The notes under the pieces are model-generated. The model had not been told where the DNA came from. It was given only the letters and a program-made list of their open reading frames with translations, and made no database searches. Positions 61,571-64,000 of a stretch of 64,000 bases of DNA are shown here, one piece after another. Origin of the DNA: Arcobacteraceae bacterium (GTDB lineage Bacteria; Campylobacterota; Campylobacteria; Campylobacterales; Arcobacteraceae); assembly GCA_963662945.1 (NCBI GenBank), contig OY759974.1, positions 384,001 through 448,000 on the forward strand, written 5' to 3'. The translations under genes and the position numbers were made by a program. Numbering within the stretch: position 1 is the first letter of the stretch; each line of letters begins with the position of its first letter.

Positions 61571-62160
61571 AATATTGTTATAACCTTATCTTTATTTTTG
61601 AAGATTTCTCTAACTCGTTCTTGCCAAATTTTACCAAATAGTACCTTATCATCTTGTGTTGCAGTTTGTTTTAAAATTTTTTCCATTAGTTTTGGTTGAA
61701 GTGGATTAATACTTACAGAACTTGGGTTGTAAACTACTTCTACAGTTTCTCCCGTATCTAATCTTTGAAGTTTCACATCGGAGGTTATATCTGCATTAAA
61801 CTTCATCAAATCATGTCTAACATAATTACCTCCAATTCCTTTAAAACCAAACTGTTCTGTAGCACCAGTTATTTGTGTAAAGACATTTGCAATAACTCCT
61901 GCAACGCCATCATTACAGTCTTCTTTAAAAGCCACAAAGATTTCACCTCTTTTAGGTAACTCATCTTTATACAATGCTTTTAATCCAGCTTGAGCCATCA
62001 AATATGCACCAGCAACTGTCGGACAACTATGCCCTGCACTTTTAACTATATCTAAATAACTAAAATGCATTACACCATTTTCAAAAATGCCTAAAAAATC
62101 TGACAACTCATCTTGTAAAGTTATTGTTTCTATAGTGCTAAAAAAATCTGGGTATTTCAT
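61567..62160 (-). CDS. FmdE-like protein
   Basis: AGHSCPTVAGAY motif; AGAGG RBS favours ATG 62160 (MKYPDFF). Confidence 0.75.
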   Translation of the reverse strand: MKYPDFFSTIETITLQDELSDFLGIFENGVMHFSYLDIVKSAGHSCPTVAGAYLMAQAGLKALYKDELPKRGEIFVAFKEDCNDGVAGVIANVFTQITGATEQFGFKGIGGNYVRHDLMKFNADITSDVKLQRLDTGETVEVVYNPSSVSINPLQPKLMEKILKQTATQDDKVLFGKIWQERVREIFKNKDKVITIL

Positions 62161-62193
62161 AAAAATCCTCTTTGTATTAATAATATTACAAAG

Positions 62194-62235
62194 AGTATAC
62201 AAAAAAGAGAAGGGAAAGATATTGATACATATCAA
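62194..62235 (-). promoter_or_regulatory. FNR/NssR-type box with class II promoter geometry
   Basis: Perfect TTGAT-N4-ATCAA at 62222-62235; TATACT at 62194-62199 puts the box centre near -41.5. Confidence 0.85.
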
Positions 62236-62244
62236 GATTTAGTA

Positions 62245-62595
62245 TTAGTTTTGATTATCCCAAACAAGTTGTTTAAAGGCTTTCATTGAAGGTTTATCTA
62301 TATTTTTCATCATAGCGACTCTTAAATTATGGATAATCTCTTCATACTCTTTTTTGGGTTTGATAGGATTATCAGTTCGTGACATCGCAATAATTTGATG
62401 TATTTTTTTGTTTAATGGTGTTGGTTCTTTATCTACTATTCCATCATAAACTGACATAAACAGATTATAGTTATCATAATCCATTTTACATGAACCATCA
62501 AGTATTTTCAAAGCTAACAGTGTACAATAATGTAAATCTATCTCATCAAACTCATAGGTTCTTGCCCACTCATAAACTGTGGATAAATCATCCAT
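62245..62595 (-). CDS. Hypothetical protein coupled to the clpX paralog
   Basis: ATG 62595 overlaps the clpX stop (ATGGATGA); motif ALKILDGSCKM. Confidence 0.75.
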   Translation of the reverse strand: MDDLSTVYEWARTYEFDEIDLHYCTLLALKILDGSCKMDYDNYNLFMSVYDGIVDKEPTPLNKKIHQIIAMSRTDNPIKPKKEYEEIIHNLRVAMMKNIDKPSMKAFKQLVWDNQN

Positions 62596-63835
62596 TTTCT
62601 TTTTCTTCAATAATGTTTTTTGCCACTTTTTTATCTTTTACATATTCTAAGATAACATCTGCTTTAGCATCAATAAAATCTTTTGTTATGATACATTTTT
62701 CAATATCATTTGATGCAGGAAGTTCATACTGAAGTGGCAGCATAATTTTTTCTATAATACCCCGAAGACCTCTTGCCCCAACACCTTTTTTCTGCGCAAG
62801 TTCTGCAATTGTTTCTAAAGCTTCAGGAGTGAACTCTAAATCCATACCATCAAGTTCAAATAATGCTTGATATTGTTTAATAATAGCATTTTTAGGTTCT
62901 TGTAAAACTCGTATTAAATCTTCTGTTGTAAGTTCATTGAGTGTTGCAATTACAGGAATTCTTCCTATAAACTCAGGGATTAATCCATAAGAGATTAAAT
63001 CTTTTGATTCAACCTCATCAGTAATATCCGCAAAACTTTCTTTCATAAATCCCATAACTTTTTTTCTATGTTTTTTCTTTTGTTCATCATCTCCAACAAG
63101 ACCAACAAAAGCACCACCACAGATAAAAAGTACATGTGTAGTATCAAATAAAACAGTTTCAGTAGTTGAACTTTTTCTACTTCCTTTTACAGGAACATAA
63201 ACCTCTCCACCTTCAAGAATTTTCAATAATCCTTGTTGAACACCTTCTCCACTTACATCTCTACCACTTGTTGCACTTTCACTTTTATTTGCAACTTTAT
63301 CTATCTCATCGATATAGATAATCCCTTTTTGCGCTCTCTCAACATCAAAATCTGCACTTGCTAAAAGTCGTGAAAGGATAGACTCAACATCTTCCCCAAC
63401 ATATCCAGCTTCTGTTAAAGCTGTAGCATCTGCAACTGCAAATGGTACATCCATAATCTTAGCTAGTGATTTTGCCAAAAGTGTTTTACCACTTCCTGTT
63501 GGACCTATAAGCATGATATTTGATTTTTCTATCTCAACATCTTTAAAAACAGGTCTATCTATTCTTTTATAATGTGAGTATAAAGCAACTGAAAGTACTT
63601 TTTTTGCATCACTTTGCCCTATTACATAATTATCAAGATGTTCTTTGATTTTTGTAGGAACTGAAAGCCCTTTTTGAAAATCTTCTTTTGCTTTTTTCAA
63701 CTCGCTTTTGTGCATAACCATTGAACAGGTTTCTACACATTCATTACAGATATGTGCATTTTCAGCACTAAATATTTTATTTACTTCTGAGACTTTTTTA
63801 CCACAAAAATCACATATTAATTCTTCTTTATTCAT
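62588..63835 (-). CDS. clpX: ClpX-family AAA+ unfoldase (divergent paralog)
   Basis: C4 zinc finger (CDFC..ICNEC), GPTGSGKT, TEAGYVGEDVE, IDEIDK, RDVSGEGVQQ, GARGL. Confidence 0.93.
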   Translation of the reverse strand: MNKEELICDFCGKKVSEVNKIFSAENAHICNECVETCSMVMHKSELKKAKEDFQKGLSVPTKIKEHLDNYVIGQSDAKKVLSVALYSHYKRIDRPVFKDVEIEKSNIMLIGPTGSGKTLLAKSLAKIMDVPFAVADATALTEAGYVGEDVESILSRLLASADFDVERAQKGIIYIDEIDKVANKSESATSGRDVSGEGVQQGLLKILEGGEVYVPVKGSRKSSTTETVLFDTTHVLFICGGAFVGLVGDDEQKKKHRKKVMGFMKESFADITDEVESKDLISYGLIPEFIGRIPVIATLNELTTEDLIRVLQEPKNAIIKQYQALFELDGMDLEFTPEALETIAELAQKKGVGARGLRGIIEKIMLPLQYELPASNDIEKCIITKDFIDAKADVILEYVKDKKVAKNIIEEKENG

Positions 63836-63867
63836 TATAAGGCCTTTAGAAGGTATTTAAAATTTAC

Positions 63868-63884
63868 CTGCAAGAAATGTTCCT
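63868..63884 (-). promoter_or_regulatory. Putative sigma54 (-24/-12) promoter of clpX
   Basis: Minus strand AGGAACATTTCTTGCAG = GG-N10-GC with GGAAC...TTGC, about 35 nt before the ATG. Confidence 0.6.
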
Positions 63885-63900
63885 TTTAAAAAAGGAACAT
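63877..63900 (-). terminator. Hairpin after the upstream MCP-like gene
   Basis: ATGTTCCTTTT-AA-AAAAGGAACAT inverted repeat; overlaps the -24 element. Confidence 0.5.
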
Positions 63901-63912
63901 ATTAGTTACTTA

Positions 63913-64000
63913 CTATTCTATAACCATCACCTCATTTTTCCCTAAAAACTCTTTCTCATTTGCACTTGACAATACTAACTGTGCCGTTTTGTCAATCTCA
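63913..64000 (-). CDS. 3' end of a probable methyl-accepting chemotaxis protein (partial)
   Basis: ...EIDKTAQLVLSSANEKEFLGKNEVMVIE* resembles the C-terminal tail of Arcobacter-type MCPs; only 28 residues visible. Confidence 0.55.
   Translation of the reverse strand, partial: EIDKTAQLVLSSANEKEFLGKNEVMVIE

Noticed and set aside
132-62732. Many short antisense or nested ORFs in the track (e.g. 1383-1703, 16719-17225, 31071-31409, 45109-45456, 49972-50319)
   Set aside because: All overlap recognisable genes and show no RBS or motif; treated as shadows.
63966-63996. TTGACAA-N16-TTGTCAA inverted repeat as a NifA upstream activator site
   Set aside because: Does not fit TGT-N10-ACA, lies within coding sequence, and is cut by the window edge.
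1-64000. CRISPR arrays, IS elements, prophage genes, long tandem repeats, rRNA
   Set aside because: No regularly spaced repeats and no transposase, integrase or phage motifs seen; intergenic gaps are all under about 250 bp. This was a visual scan only.

Overview
AT-rich chromosomal window from a Campylobacterota bacterium, most likely Arcobacteraceae-like. The assignment is an inference from gene order (ygfA-rny, gyrA-asd-yqhA-hemE-radical SAM), HefABC-like efflux genes, an epsilon-type SoxZ and the MCP C-terminus. Left to right: (1) rny/ygfA/tlpA/ftsY housekeeping genes plus an unannotated zinc-ribbon microprotein. (2) An acetate-uptake locus (DUF485-actP, acs) containing an intact cNMP-CBS-nucleotidyltransferase (DUF294) and a DEDDh exonuclease-like gene of unknown function. 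(3) A ~25 kb envelope/efflux region in which a hefABC-like operon is split by ~19 kb. The intervening genes are a second RND pump, an Mla/Pqi-like ABC system with a frameshifted MCE gene, a Ybh-like ABC exporter, Sel1-PldA, a patatin and Pit. The TetR promoter and the second RND promoter share a near-identical palindromic operator. (4) Sensor kinases and regulators, several apparently leaderless. (5) gyrA-asd-hemE core genes and tRNA-Asn, followed by an accessory block (Cache kinase, secreted transglutaminase-like + TPR pair) whose promoters share a TGTGACA direct-repeat motif. (6) A putative nitrosative-stress operon with a perfect FNR-type box. (7) A divergent clpX paralog behind a sigma54-type promoter. 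I saw no CRISPR array, integrase or transposase. All family assignments are by motif recognition, without database searches.
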